Source of the DNA: Candidatus Doudnabacteria bacterium | GTDB lineage: Bacteria > Patescibacteriota > Doudnabacteria > UBA920 > 2-01-FULL-46-14 | Direction: 5' to 3' | DNA length: 64,000 bases | NCBI GenBank assembly: GCA_041497195.1 | Contig: JBGQGB010000002.1 | Coordinates: 108,140-172,139, forward strand | Shown here: positions 49,349 to 58,322 of the stretch, in pieces | Numbering within the stretch: the stretch's first letter is position 1 | Layout: each line of letters starts with the position of its first letter | The notes under the pieces: generated by a model | What the model was told of the DNA's origin: nothing | What the model saw: the letters and a program-made list of their open reading frames with translations, nothing else | Database searches by the model: none | Position numbers and translations under genes: made by a program

Positions 49349-50717
49349 ATACAACTGGCCGGACAAAAGTCTTTTGTCCACGTCAGCTTTTGGAATTATT
49401 GAGACTTTACGCAGGAAAGGTTATGAAGCTTTTGTGGCCGGCGGAGCAGTCCGGGATTTGCTTTTGAAACGGCCGATTCGCGAAATCGACATTGCCACGT
49501 CGGCGAAGCCCCAGGACGTGGAGAAAATTTTTCCCAAAACCATTCCAACCGGCAAAAAGCACGGCACTGTCACGGTGCGGCAAAAGGGTTTCAATTTCGA
49601 AGTCACGACTTTTCGCGTGGAAGGCCCTTACGAAAAAGCGCGCCGACCAACCAAGGTCAAATTCATCCGGTCCGCGGAAGAAGACGCCAAGAGGCGGGAC
49701 TTCACGATCAACGCCATGTTTTATGACGCGGACAAAAAGCTGGTCCTAGACTATGTCCGTGGCATTGCCGATTTGGCGCACCGTCGCATCAATTTGGTCG
49801 GCGATCCGGAAAAGCGGATCAAAGAAGATGCGCTGCGCATGCTGCGTGCCGTCAGATTTGCCGCTACTTTACGTTTTGATTTGTCCAGAGAGACGCGGCG
49901 AGCCATTCAGGTCAATGCCAAGTTGATCACCAAGATATCGGGAGAGCGTGTGAAACAAGAACTCGACCGAATCATTGTGTCCGACAGAGCGTCAATCGGT
50001 TTCGGTTTGCTCGATGTGGTCGGACTACTTCCCCATATTTTACCTGAGTTGGATAATCTGCAAGGAATAACGCAGCCGAAAAATCAGCACTCAGAAGGGG
50101 ATGTTTACGCTCATAGTCTCCTGGCTCTGGAAAATACTGACGAGACATATGATGAGGCGACGCGTTATGCGGTTTTGTTTCATGACTTGGGCAAGCCTTT
50201 GACCAAAGAGGTCAGCGCAGGCAAAACGACTTTTTACGATCATCAGGCGGTGGGGGCTGAGATTGCCCAAAAAATCTGTTCCCGGCTCAAATTCAGCAGT
50301 GCGGACACTGCGAAAATTGCGTGGTTGGTCAAAAACCACATGGTCCCTCACGATTTTGCGCAGATGAAACTTTCGACTAGGAGAAAGTGGGGCCTCAATC
50401 CTTATTTTTCCGATCTTTTAAGAGTCTATACAGCTGACGCCCGGGCTGCAATTCCAGCCTCAGGCCGCGTAAACAAAAATCCCCAGGGCTTGAAAGAGGG
50501 TTTGCAAATTTTGCAAGAGGTGAAAAACACGCCTGCCCTGAGAAAACCCCTCCTCTCGGGTAAGGATGTGATGAAAGTTTTGCAAATTGAGCCAGGACCG
50601 AGGGTTGGAAAAGTTCTGGCGTTTCTGGAGGAAAAGAAATTGGCCGGTGAGCTTGCCACGGCGGCCGCTGCTCTCACGTTTTTGAAAAAAAACAAAAAGT
50701 TTCTCAAGAACCTCTGA
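49329..50717 (+). CDS. cca: CCA tRNA nucleotidyltransferase with HD domain
   Basis: GGAVRD, EIDIAT, RRDFTINA, EDALRMLRAVRF, LFHDLGK. Confidence 0.93.
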   Translation: MSGDVLKYNWPDKSLLSTSAFGIIETLRRKGYEAFVAGGAVRDLLLKRPIREIDIATSAKPQDVEKIFPKTIPTGKKHGTVTVRQKGFNFEVTTFRVEGPYEKARRPTKVKFIRSAEEDAKRRDFTINAMFYDADKKLVLDYVRGIADLAHRRINLVGDPEKRIKEDALRMLRAVRFAATLRFDLSRETRRAIQVNAKLITKISGERVKQELDRIIVSDRASIGFGLLDVVGLLPHILPELDNLQGITQPKNQHSEGDVYAHSLLALENTDETYDEATRYAVLFHDLGKPLTKEVSAGKTTFYDHQAVGAEIAQKICSRLKFSSADTAKIAWLVKNHMVPHDFAQMKLSTRRKWGLNPYFSDLLRVYTADARAAIPASGRVNKNPQGLKEGLQILQEVKNTPALRKPLLSGKDVMKVLQIEPGPRVGKVLAFLEEKKLAGELATAAAALTFLKKNKKFLKNL

Positions 50718-50787
50718 GGGCCTGGTTGCCAATAAAAGACCGGCCACTTGATTTTTTCGGAGTACTCTGATAGAATCTATTACACGA

Positions 50788-50824
50788 CGCCGGGCAGAGT
50801 CGGCCATGGCCGAGCAGCTCGCAA
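50788..50824 (+). pseudogene. 5' fragment copy of tRNA-fMet with a 14-bp palindrome in the D-loop
   Basis: CGCCGGGCAGAG[TCGGCCATGGCCGA]GCAGCTCGCAA versus intact CGCGGGGTAGAG-CAATG-GCAGCTCGCAA. Confidence 0.65.
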
Positions 50825-50848
50825 CGTGTGCTAGAATGGAAAATACAT

Positions 50849-50923
50849 CGCGGGGTAGAGCAATGGCAGCTCGCAAGGCTCATAACCTTGAGGTTGGCGG
50901 TTCGAGTCCGCCCCCCGCAACCA
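50849..50923 (+). tRNA. Initiator tRNA-fMet(CAT)
   Basis: C1:A72 mismatch; CAAGG-CTCATAA-CCTTG; encoded CCA. Confidence 0.93.
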
Positions 50924-50939
50924 AATATAATTCAAAAAA

Positions 50940-51881
50940 ATGAGTGACAGTTTTGTCCCGCCGAATAAGCACAGTCAGCGCAATCGGGGGATTGTTTTTT
51001 TTCTCGGGATCGGCTTGGTCCTGTCCCTGCTAGTTTCCTTTATCTGGGTCGAGCCTTTGAGCGGCGCAGATCAGACTTTCTACGTGAAATACCGCCATGA
51101 AGCCTCGCCGCCCCTGATACCGAAGCTTTTCCCGCAAACTGCGGCGAGTAACTTTTCCGCTACGAGGACCCCGGTGCTGATGTACCACTACATTCGTACA
51201 GTCGTCAATCCTGGCGGTGATCCGCTTGGGTTTAGCCTATCCGTGACGCCGCAGGATTTTGAAACGCAAATTTCGTATTTGCAGCAAAATGGTTATAACA
51301 GTATTACTCCCGACCAGCTTTTCCAAGCGCTCGCGGGGAAAGCCCTATTGCCGGCAAGGGCGGTGCTTTTGACTTTTGATGACGGCTATGAGGATTTCTA
51401 TACCACGGCCTTTCCGATTTTGAAAAAATACAACTTCAAGGCCACTGTATTTGTGGTCCCCGGTTTTGTCGGAGAGCCTGATGGGCGGTACCTGACGTGG
51501 CAGCAGGTCAAAGAGCTTGATGCGTCAGGGCTCATCACTGTAGGCGCTCACACTATGCATCACGTCAATCTCGTGACCCATCCTGACGCTCCAGCGGAGA
51601 TTTCGCAAAGCAAGGAGGTCCTGGAAAGTTTTCTAAAAAAGTCCGTTACTGCGTTTGCCTACCCGGGAGGGACGTATGATGAGCACGTGATAAATCTAGT
51701 GGCTGAGTCTGGGTATGATCTCGCTTTTACTACCAGATTCGGCATTTGGCACGATCTTTCGCAACGTTTGGCCCTCAGCCGTGTGCGTATAAGCGGCGGC
51801 CTTACAATGGAAAAATTCGTGGAGAGATTGAACGGGCAACTCAATATCCTAACGAAAGCCCAAACAGTCGCAATTCCTTGA
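50940..51881 (+). CDS. Polysaccharide deacetylase (NodB/CE4 family)
   Basis: PVLMYH, LTFDDGY, AHTMHH, FAYPGG; N-terminal TM. Confidence 0.92.
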   Translation: MSDSFVPPNKHSQRNRGIVFFLGIGLVLSLLVSFIWVEPLSGADQTFYVKYRHEASPPLIPKLFPQTAASNFSATRTPVLMYHYIRTVVNPGGDPLGFSLSVTPQDFETQISYLQQNGYNSITPDQLFQALAGKALLPARAVLLTFDDGYEDFYTTAFPILKKYNFKATVFVVPGFVGEPDGRYLTWQQVKELDASGLITVGAHTMHHVNLVTHPDAPAEISQSKEVLESFLKKSVTAFAYPGGTYDEHVINLVAESGYDLAFTTRFGIWHDLSQRLALSRVRISGGLTMEKFVERLNGQLNILTKAQTVAIP

Positions 51882-51918
51882 AGTTTTTGCACTCATACTT
51901 TAAACTTATGAAGAGTCT

Positions 51919-51996
51919 GCCAGGGTAGCTCAGTTTGGTTAGAGCGAAGGACTCATAAGCCTTAGGTCGTGGGTTCGACTCCCACCCCTGGCACCA
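51919..51996 (+). tRNA. tRNA with CAT anticodon (elongator Met; Ile2 not excluded)
   Basis: GCCAGGG/CCCTGGC acceptor stem; CTCATAA loop; TTCGACT T-loop; encoded CCA. Confidence 0.88.
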
Positions 51997-52139
51997 CGCG
52001 TGAATCTGAGTTTCGATTTTCGTAAACCGTGAAAACGGTTTTCTGCAATCTTCACTCTATTCCCGCTTTCCCCAAAAATCCGTGCTCGTCCGCGCTAGGC
52101 GGGCTGCGCTCCTGGTTTTTGGGGGGCCTCAAAATTGAT

Positions 52140-52218
52140 GCTCGCTTGGTGTAGCCTGGTCTAACACGTCTCCCTGTCACGGAGAAGATCACGGGTTCAA
52201 ATCCCGTAGCGAGCGCCA
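52140..52218 (+). tRNA. tRNA-Asp(GTC)
   Basis: GCTCGCT/AGCGAGC acceptor stem; TCTCC-CTGTCAC-GGAGA; G73; encoded CCA. Confidence 0.95.
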
Positions 52219-52271
52219 TTTCAATACGGTTTTGAAGCAGCACTTCCTTTTTGCCAAAGCTTTTTGTCAGG

Positions 52272-52300
52272 TTGCCATTATCATTTTTCATTGCTAGACT
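52272..52300 (+). promoter_or_regulatory. Sigma70-like promoter of pyrD
   Basis: TTGCCA-17 nt-TAGACT with TG extension. Confidence 0.6.
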
Positions 52301-52364
52301 GTAGTGTTGAAGCTACGGTTTTATTGTTTGTCTGGATTGTCCGAAAAAAACTTGAGGAGGGGAT

Positions 52365-53510
52365 ATGACCTTAATAGAGCGGTACTACAAAACCCGTATC
52401 CGACCAGGGGTCTTCGCTGCGAGCGAACCCGACGCGGAATTAGCACACGAGTGGGGCATGAACAAACTCGTGAGAATTCAGAATAGTCGCTTTCTGACTG
52501 CGCTCGCCAGGCTTTTCTGCGTTTACTGCCACCCCATGCTCGAGACTGAAGTGATGGGTCTGCAGTTCCCAAATCCCTTTGGCCTCGCCGCGGGTTTTGA
52601 CAAGTATTGCGAGGTCTATTCACGCGCTATTCCCGCGTGCGGCTGGGGTTTTTGTGAAATAGGCGGAATCACCGCGTTCCAGCAGTCAGGCAATCTTCTC
52701 CGCCCACGCATGAAGCGGTCACACGCGCATCAAGCCTTGTGGAATTTCATGGGATTCAACAACCCGGGCGCTCCCATAGCCGCAGCTACAATGTCTAGGC
52801 ATCCTAAAGCGGTAGTGCCAGTGGGACTCAATGTGGGCAAGAGTAAAGCGACCCCGTTGGATGAGGCGGCCAGAGACTACTGCCACACTGTCACCGTGCT
52901 TTATCAACATGTCGATTTCGTCACAGTGAATCCCAGTTCACCTAATACGCCTGGACTGCGTGACCTCCAAAAAAAGACAGAGCTTTCAGACTTGCTTCGG
53001 GCAGTCAAAAAGACCATGGAAGCAATCGCGGATTGCAATGGCTTGCCCAGACTGCCGCTTGGCGTGAAACTGTCTCCTGATCTTTCGGATGAGGCTTTGG
53101 CTGATTGTATCGAGGTGTGCAAAGAAGTTGGCGCTGCTTTTATAACGTTAACCAATACCACGGTCGGGCGAGCCGGGCTCAATGGTTGGGATATTCCAGC
53201 GGATCGAGGCGGCGTCAGTGGGAAACCTTTGCGTGAAGCCTCGGAACGGATCCTGGCGCAAGTTTACCTCGCCCTTAATGGCCACCGGCCGAAGATAAAT
53301 CTCATCAGTGTCGGCGGTATTTCAAACGCCCAAGAGCTCTACCGGCGGATCAGGCTCGGGGCCGACCTCTGCCAGGCTTACACTGCGTGGCCTTTCGAGG
53401 GACCTGATTTTGCCAGGCGGTGTCTCAAAGAGCTGGTCAGAATGCTCAAGTCCGACGGCTTCCGGCATGTTTCCGAAGCAGTCGGATCTGAGACCTGTAT
53501 GTGTTCATGA
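52365..53510 (+). CDS. pyrD: Dihydroorotate dehydrogenase, class 2 (quinone)
   Basis: NPFGLAAGFDK, GFNNPG, NPSSPNTPGLRDLQ, KLSPD, TNTT, GGVSGKPL. Confidence 0.93.
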   Translation: MTLIERYYKTRIRPGVFAASEPDAELAHEWGMNKLVRIQNSRFLTALARLFCVYCHPMLETEVMGLQFPNPFGLAAGFDKYCEVYSRAIPACGWGFCEIGGITAFQQSGNLLRPRMKRSHAHQALWNFMGFNNPGAPIAAATMSRHPKAVVPVGLNVGKSKATPLDEAARDYCHTVTVLYQHVDFVTVNPSSPNTPGLRDLQKKTELSDLLRAVKKTMEAIADCNGLPRLPLGVKLSPDLSDEALADCIEVCKEVGAAFITLTNTTVGRAGLNGWDIPADRGGVSGKPLREASERILAQVYLALNGHRPKINLISVGGISNAQELYRRIRLGADLCQAYTAWPFEGPDFARRCLKELVRMLKSDGFRHVSEAVGSETCMCS

Positions 53511-53527
53511 GTCTGGTTTTCCTAGTT

Positions 53528-53567
53528 GGTGGTGCTGTGCTCCGGCGCGGCACCACCTTATTTTTTT
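53528..53567 (+). terminator. Intrinsic terminator
   Basis: GGTGGTGC..GCACCACC-TTATTTTTTT. Confidence 0.75.
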
Positions 53568-53570
53568 GTC

Positions 53571-53599
53571 TTGCAGACGATCCAAACTTTTGCTAGTCT
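53571..53599 (+). promoter_or_regulatory. Sigma70-like promoter of pyrF
   Basis: TTGCAG-17 nt-TAGTCT with TG extension. Confidence 0.5.
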
Positions 53600-53661
53600 T
53601 TAGGGTCGAGGTTAATCTCACTGACCTCGTAGTTACTCGAAATCATCAAGGGGGAAAATAT

Positions 53662-54405
53662 ATGAATCCGAAACGTCTGCCGATTTATTTGGCTTTGGAT
53701 GGCATGGAGATCAGTCAGTGCCTCCAGTTGTGCGGGAAAATCGGTGACAGAATCACCGGGGTCAAAGCAAATTCCCTCTGGCGGAAACAGGGAGCGAGCA
53801 TTGCATCGCTTCTGATGCACGCCGGAGCCAATGAAGTGTTCGCTGATCTCAAGCTGCACGATATTCCCAATACCGTAGCGAATGATACCAAAGACGTAGC
53901 TGAAGCTGGGGCTGGAGTCTTGACTGTGCACGCAAGTGGCGGCTTGGAAATGATGCAGGCCGCGGTGAAGGCGTCCCCTGGACTTCGAATCCTAGCAGTC
54001 ACTGTGCTGACTTCCCTGGATGCCTTGGCAGTTGGCAAAATATACGCTGGCCCACTGTTTGGGGTGGCTCTGCGTTTGGCGCGGCTCGCACTGACAGCCG
54101 GCGTTTGGGGTTTGGTCTGCTCTCCCGAAGACCTGTTGTTCTTGCGTATGTCCTCGCATTTTGATCCGGACGGGCTCCAGTTCGTCACTCCCGGAGTGCG
54201 CCTCCCTCAAGGAAATACTCATGACCAGAAACGAGTGCGGACGCCTTTCGAAGCAATTCGTGACGGCGCTGATTATCTCGTTGCCGGTCGTGAAGTCACG
54301 ACGAGCTCGCAGCCTCTCGAAGTCCTCAAGAGATATGAGGAGGAAATCGAGCGAGGATTGGAGGAAAGGGCCCTTGCAGAAAGAATAATCTCCGGAACGA
54401 CCTGA
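53662..54405 (+). CDS. pyrF: Orotidine-5'-phosphate decarboxylase
   Basis: LALD, DLKLHDIPNT, VTVLTS, VTPGVR, DQKRV, VAGR. Confidence 0.95.
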   Translation: MNPKRLPIYLALDGMEISQCLQLCGKIGDRITGVKANSLWRKQGASIASLLMHAGANEVFADLKLHDIPNTVANDTKDVAEAGAGVLTVHASGGLEMMQAAVKASPGLRILAVTVLTSLDALAVGKIYAGPLFGVALRLARLALTAGVWGLVCSPEDLLFLRMSSHFDPDGLQFVTPGVRLPQGNTHDQKRVRTPFEAIRDGADYLVAGREVTTSSQPLEVLKRYEEEIERGLEERALAERIISGTT

Positions 54406-54489
54406 ATGCGGCCTTGTAGAGGACCGGGAAGCCGAATTTCTAGGCTAGACTAACCGCCCAGGGTTTCAATTCTGAAGAGGAGAGCGCTA

Positions 54490-55140
54490 ATGCAAAGCCA
54501 GTCTGAGTTCGATGAGAAGAGAATATCGTGTGCGCGAGCGTGGTTCAGGGCAGGTATTTTCCTGGACAAGACCAAATCACCGGGAGGGCAGGGCTTTAGG
54601 CTCAAACTGCATGAGAAGACGCCTGACGCGCCTCTATCTCCTTTTTATCTCAACTTCCGGCTCCTTCGTTCGTTCCCAACTCTCTTGCAAGAAACCGCGG
54701 AGCTGATGGAGGATATGGTGGTGGGCGATGATTTTGACCTCGTCGCCGATATCCCGACTGCGGCGACTCCACTCGTGACGCTCATCTCCCAGGACTTGCA
54801 GATTCCGATGATTACTCCTCGGGAAATGAAGACGCACTGGTCAGGTGCGGTCATTGACGGAGTCTACAAGAAAGGGCAGAAAGTGGTTGTCTTTGACGAC
54901 CTCATCACGAAGGCAGACAGCAAGATTGCGAGTGCGAAACAGCTCACCGCAGAAGGACTGCTCGTCGGGCGGTTCGTGGTTTTGGTTGATCGAGAGCAAG
55001 GAGGTCTCGCTCAGCTCAAAGCAGCCGGATACAGCTGTGAACCGGCTTGGTTCCTGCAAGACCTTCTCGGACTGTACCGGCACGAGGGGTTACTAAGCCC
55101 AGAGGTTCATGTAGAGATTGTGACTTACCTCGAAGCCTGA
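54490..55140 (+). CDS. pyrE: Orotate phosphoribosyltransferase
   Basis: SPFYLNFR, VVVFDDLITKADSK PRPP loop, LVDREQGG. Confidence 0.9.
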   Translation: MQSQSEFDEKRISCARAWFRAGIFLDKTKSPGGQGFRLKLHEKTPDAPLSPFYLNFRLLRSFPTLLQETAELMEDMVVGDDFDLVADIPTAATPLVTLISQDLQIPMITPREMKTHWSGAVIDGVYKKGQKVVVFDDLITKADSKIASAKQLTAEGLLVGRFVVLVDREQGGLAQLKAAGYSCEPAWFLQDLLGLYRHEGLLSPEVHVEIVTYLEA

Positions 55141-55161
55141 AGGCGGACCTTTCGGATTTGT

Positions 55162-55201
55162 GGGGCGGCGGCACCTAGTGCTCGTCGCCCTTATTTATTT
55201 T
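55162..55201 (+). terminator. Intrinsic terminator
   Basis: GGGCGGCG-GCAC..GTGC-TCGTCGCCC-TTATTT. Confidence 0.65.
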
Positions 55202-55260
55202 CGAAGTCCTTCGGTAGGCCTGCTGTGGGCGGGCGAAAGAGGATGTGGTATGCTTAGAAT

Positions 55261-56247
55261 ATGAACTTTCAGGTCCTCACAATCGTATTGGTAGTAGCCG
55301 GCTTCGCGTTGGTGGTTTATTTTTTGTCGCGCCGGCCCAAAACAGATCCCGGCATGCAGGTGATGCTTGAATGGCTCAAGGAGATGCGCGGTTCTTCGGA
55401 GGTGATGCAGAAACGACTGGATGAGACCAACAAAACCATCAGTGACCGGCTCGACAATGCCGCCCGTTTCATCGGCGACCTGAAAAAAGAGCTCGGCGGC
55501 ATGTCGCAAATCGGCCCTGATATCCGCAGGCTTTCCGAAGTCTTGGCCAGCCCGAAAGCGAGAGGGAATTTCGGGGAAGAAATGCTGGAGGAACTTCTCC
55601 GCCAAGTTTTGCCCAAAACAGCATATGAATTTCAGTACAAATTTAGAAGCGGAGAAGTTGTGGACGCGATGGTCCGAGTCGGAGACCATATCTTACCCAT
55701 CGACAGCAAGTTTAGTCTGGAAAATTTTCGACTTTATAAAGAAGCGAAGACAGAGGATGCAGCAGCTGGTTTGAAAAAGGCTCTTTTGAAAGATATCAAG
55801 AAACGCGTAGACGAGATCCAGAAGAAGTATATTTTGCCGCAGGAAGGAACTTTTGATTTCGCTCTGATGTATGTGCCCAGCGAGGGTTTGTATTCTGAAG
55901 TATCAGAAGACCCCCAGATCGTTTCCTACGCGCGGGAAAAAAGAGTTTTTCTCGTCAGTCCGCAGAATCTCTATCTGCACTTGCAGGTGATTTTGCTCGG
56001 CCTCAAACGCGAACAGATCAGCGAAAAGGCCGGACAAATTTTAGCCATGATTACGGGGATTAAACAGGAGAGCGAAAAATTCGGCAGAAATTTGGAGATT
56101 TTGGCCAGTCATGTCAAAAACTCAGGAAATACTATGGGTGTTGTGCTTGGCGACTTTGCCAAGCTCAAGACAGCAATAGGCAATGCGGCAAATTTGGAAT
56201 TACAAAACCCTCCGGAAGGTCGAACCGGAGACAAACTTTTGGAATAA
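55261..56247 (+). CDS. rmuC: DNA recombination protein RmuC
   Basis: RGNFGEEML, VDA..PIDSKF, KYILPQEGTFDFALMYVPSE. Confidence 0.93.
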   Translation: MNFQVLTIVLVVAGFALVVYFLSRRPKTDPGMQVMLEWLKEMRGSSEVMQKRLDETNKTISDRLDNAARFIGDLKKELGGMSQIGPDIRRLSEVLASPKARGNFGEEMLEELLRQVLPKTAYEFQYKFRSGEVVDAMVRVGDHILPIDSKFSLENFRLYKEAKTEDAAAGLKKALLKDIKKRVDEIQKKYILPQEGTFDFALMYVPSEGLYSEVSEDPQIVSYAREKRVFLVSPQNLYLHLQVILLGLKREQISEKAGQILAMITGIKQESEKFGRNLEILASHVKNSGNTMGVVLGDFAKLKTAIGNAANLELQNPPEGRTGDKLLE

Positions 56248-56271
56248 ATTAAAAAAATAACGAAAAAAATT

Positions 56272-56808
56272 ATGGCACTAAATGATGTATTTGACGTTTT
56301 TGCAAAACATGAAGAGCAGCGCGTAGGAGTTTTTGTTGACGTACAAAATTTGTATTACTCTGCCCGGAATATTTACAATTCGAGGGTGAATTTTTCCGCG
56401 CTGCTCAAAGAAGCCGTGGGAAAAAGAAAGCTCATCCGAGCTATCGCCTATGTGATCCGCGCACAAATGCCGGAAGAGCATACTTTTTTTGAAGCACTGT
56501 CCAAGGCCGGCTACGAGGTCAAAGCCAAAGATTTGCAGGTCTTCTTCGGCGGTATGAAAAAAGGAGACTGGGACGTGGGTATCACCATGGATGTCATCCG
56601 GGTCATCAATAAGCTCGATACGGTAGTGCTGGCTTCGGGGGACGGGGATTATCTCGCTCTGGTCGAGTATTTGCAGAACTTTGGCATCAGGGTGGAAGTG
56701 ATTGCTTTTGGGAAGAGCTCGTCCAATAAATTGGTCGATGCAGTCGACGATTTTGTGGATATGGATCATGCGCCCAAAAAATTCCTGATCCCGATGAAGA
56801 ACAAATAG
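56272..56808 (+). CDS. NYN domain (LabA/DUF88) protein
   Basis: VFVDVQN, KGDWDVGITMD, LASGDGDY. Confidence 0.92.
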   Translation: MALNDVFDVFAKHEEQRVGVFVDVQNLYYSARNIYNSRVNFSALLKEAVGKRKLIRAIAYVIRAQMPEEHTFFEALSKAGYEVKAKDLQVFFGGMKKGDWDVGITMDVIRVINKLDTVVLASGDGDYLALVEYLQNFGIRVEVIAFGKSSSNKLVDAVDDFVDMDHAPKKFLIPMKNK

Positions 56809-56811
56809 CCA

Positions 56812-57528
56812 ATGTCCGCTCCGAGACCGATAGCTATATTCGATATAGACGGCACGATTTTTCGCTCCAGCCTCAACATTCAGCTTTTTGAGCGGCTGGT
56901 GCGCGAAGGGATATTTCAGTCTGCGGTTTTGCGTCGAGTGCGGAAATCCGAGGAAAAATGGCTCAACCGCCAGGGCCACTATGACGACTACGTCCACGAA
57001 CTGGTGCGCGCTTATCAAAAAGCGATTGTGGGCAAAGACCGCAGGGATATTGTGCGAGTGAGCAAACGGGTCGTGGCTGAGCAAAAATATCGCACTTATC
57101 GCTACACCCGACATCTTCTCGAAAAAGTGCGACGCAAGTATTTTACGATTTGCATCTCTAGCTCGCCTCTGGAAGTCGTGCAGGAGTACAATAAGTTTCT
57201 CAAATTCGACAAAATTTACGGCTGGGAACTAGGCGTAAATGAACGTGGTCGCTACACTGGCGTGACCCTGCATTTGCCCGCACTTTATAAAAAGGAATTG
57301 ATTGTCCGCTATGTCCAGGGCCACCACTTGAGTCTCAAAGGTTCGCTCGGAGTGGGGGATACCGAAACGGACATTGGGTTTCTCGAGCTGGTCGAGGAGC
57401 CGATCGCGTTCAATCCCAATGTGATTTTAGCAAGGTATGCTCGCCAGCATGACTGGAGAATTGTGATCGAGCGAAAAGATTTGATTGTCGAGCTGGATCC
57501 AAGAAAAGTGAAGTTTCTCAAAGTGTAA
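56812..57528 (+). CDS. HAD-IB family phosphatase
   Basis: FDIDGT, GVGDTETD, AFNPN. Confidence 0.9.
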   Translation: MSAPRPIAIFDIDGTIFRSSLNIQLFERLVREGIFQSAVLRRVRKSEEKWLNRQGHYDDYVHELVRAYQKAIVGKDRRDIVRVSKRVVAEQKYRTYRYTRHLLEKVRRKYFTICISSSPLEVVQEYNKFLKFDKIYGWELGVNERGRYTGVTLHLPALYKKELIVRYVQGHHLSLKGSLGVGDTETDIGFLELVEEPIAFNPNVILARYARQHDWRIVIERKDLIVELDPRKVKFLKV

Positions 57529-57531
57529 CGA

Positions 57532-57608
57532 GCGCCCGTAGCTCAGTGGATTAGAGCGTCTCCCTCCGGAGGAGAAGGCCAGAGGTCCGAATCCTCTCGG
57601 GCGCACCA
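57532..57608 (+). tRNA. tRNA-Arg(CCG)
   Basis: GCGCCCG/CGGGCGC acceptor stem; TCTCC-CTCCGGA-GGAGA; encoded CCA; T-loop TCCGAAT. Confidence 0.92.
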
Positions 57609-57613
57609 AAATA

Positions 57614-58021
57614 ATGAGGCGAGTAATGGTGTTTGGCACATTTGATATTTTGCATCCTGGTCATATTTATTTTCTCAAGGAAGCGAAAAAATATGGCGAT
57701 TTTTTGATCGTGTCCATTGCGCGTGACGCCAATGTGGAACGCGTCAAAGGTCACGCAGCGCGCCACACTGAAACGGATCGCAAGAAGCTTCTCGAATCGC
57801 TTCGCTTCGTCAACAAGGTCGTTTTAGGCGCCCCAAGAGATTATATTGAGCATATCTTAAAAATGCGACCGCGGGTGATCGCTTTAGGGTATGATCAAAA
57901 AGCTTATACGCACAAACTATCGGAGAAATTGGCGGCTCGTGGGATGAGCGTTAGCGTCGTGCGTATGAAGCCGTACAAGCCGAACATTTACAAATCTAAA
58001 AAGTTAATCATTAAAAAATAA
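57614..58021 (+). CDS. ribL: FAD synthase, RibL-type (cytidyltransferase-like nucleotidyltransferase)
   Basis: VMVFGTFDILHPGH, VSIARD, IALGYDQ. Confidence 0.75.
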   Translation: MRRVMVFGTFDILHPGHIYFLKEAKKYGDFLIVSIARDANVERVKGHAARHTETDRKKLLESLRFVNKVVLGAPRDYIEHILKMRPRVIALGYDQKAYTHKLSEKLAARGMSVSVVRMKPYKPNIYKSKKLIIKK

Positions 58022-58024
58022 ATT

Positions 58025-58306
58025 ATGGACCCCAGAGAACGTGCGGATGGTTCGCAGGAATTTCACGAGCAAGAAAAGGAGGTTTTATTGCTTCCGTGCT
58101 CTGGCGACAGCCAAAGGGGAAGGCCACGCAGTCATTTATATGAAGTTTGGGTGGGCACCGACTATCCAAATCAAGGGGTGTCGAAAGGTTATATGAGGAA
58201 AGAAGAAGCGTTGCGTCTCTATCCAGACGCTGTAGAGACTAACAGCGATTCTTTATGTGCCGAGTGTGCTGCCGATCTGAGGCGTCGCGCCGGACTTGCT
58301 CCTTAA
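58025..58306 (+). CDS. Hypothetical protein with C-terminal CxxC
   Basis: 93-aa ORF filling the gap; PCSG..SH..CAEC. Confidence 0.55.
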   Translation: MDPRERADGSQEFHEQEKEVLLLPCSGDSQRGRPRSHLYEVWVGTDYPNQGVSKGYMRKEEALRLYPDAVETNSDSLCAECAADLRRRAGLAP

Positions 58307-58322
58307 AGCGTAAGGGCCTTTT

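Noticed and set aside
52219-52364. PyrR-type attenuator before pyrD
   Set aside because: No PyrR-binding loop consensus or leader terminator was seen.
53308-53661. 118-aa N-terminal extension of PyrF in the ORF track
   Set aside because: It overlaps pyrD and its terminator and promoter; the SD-led ATG at 53662 matches normal PyrF length.
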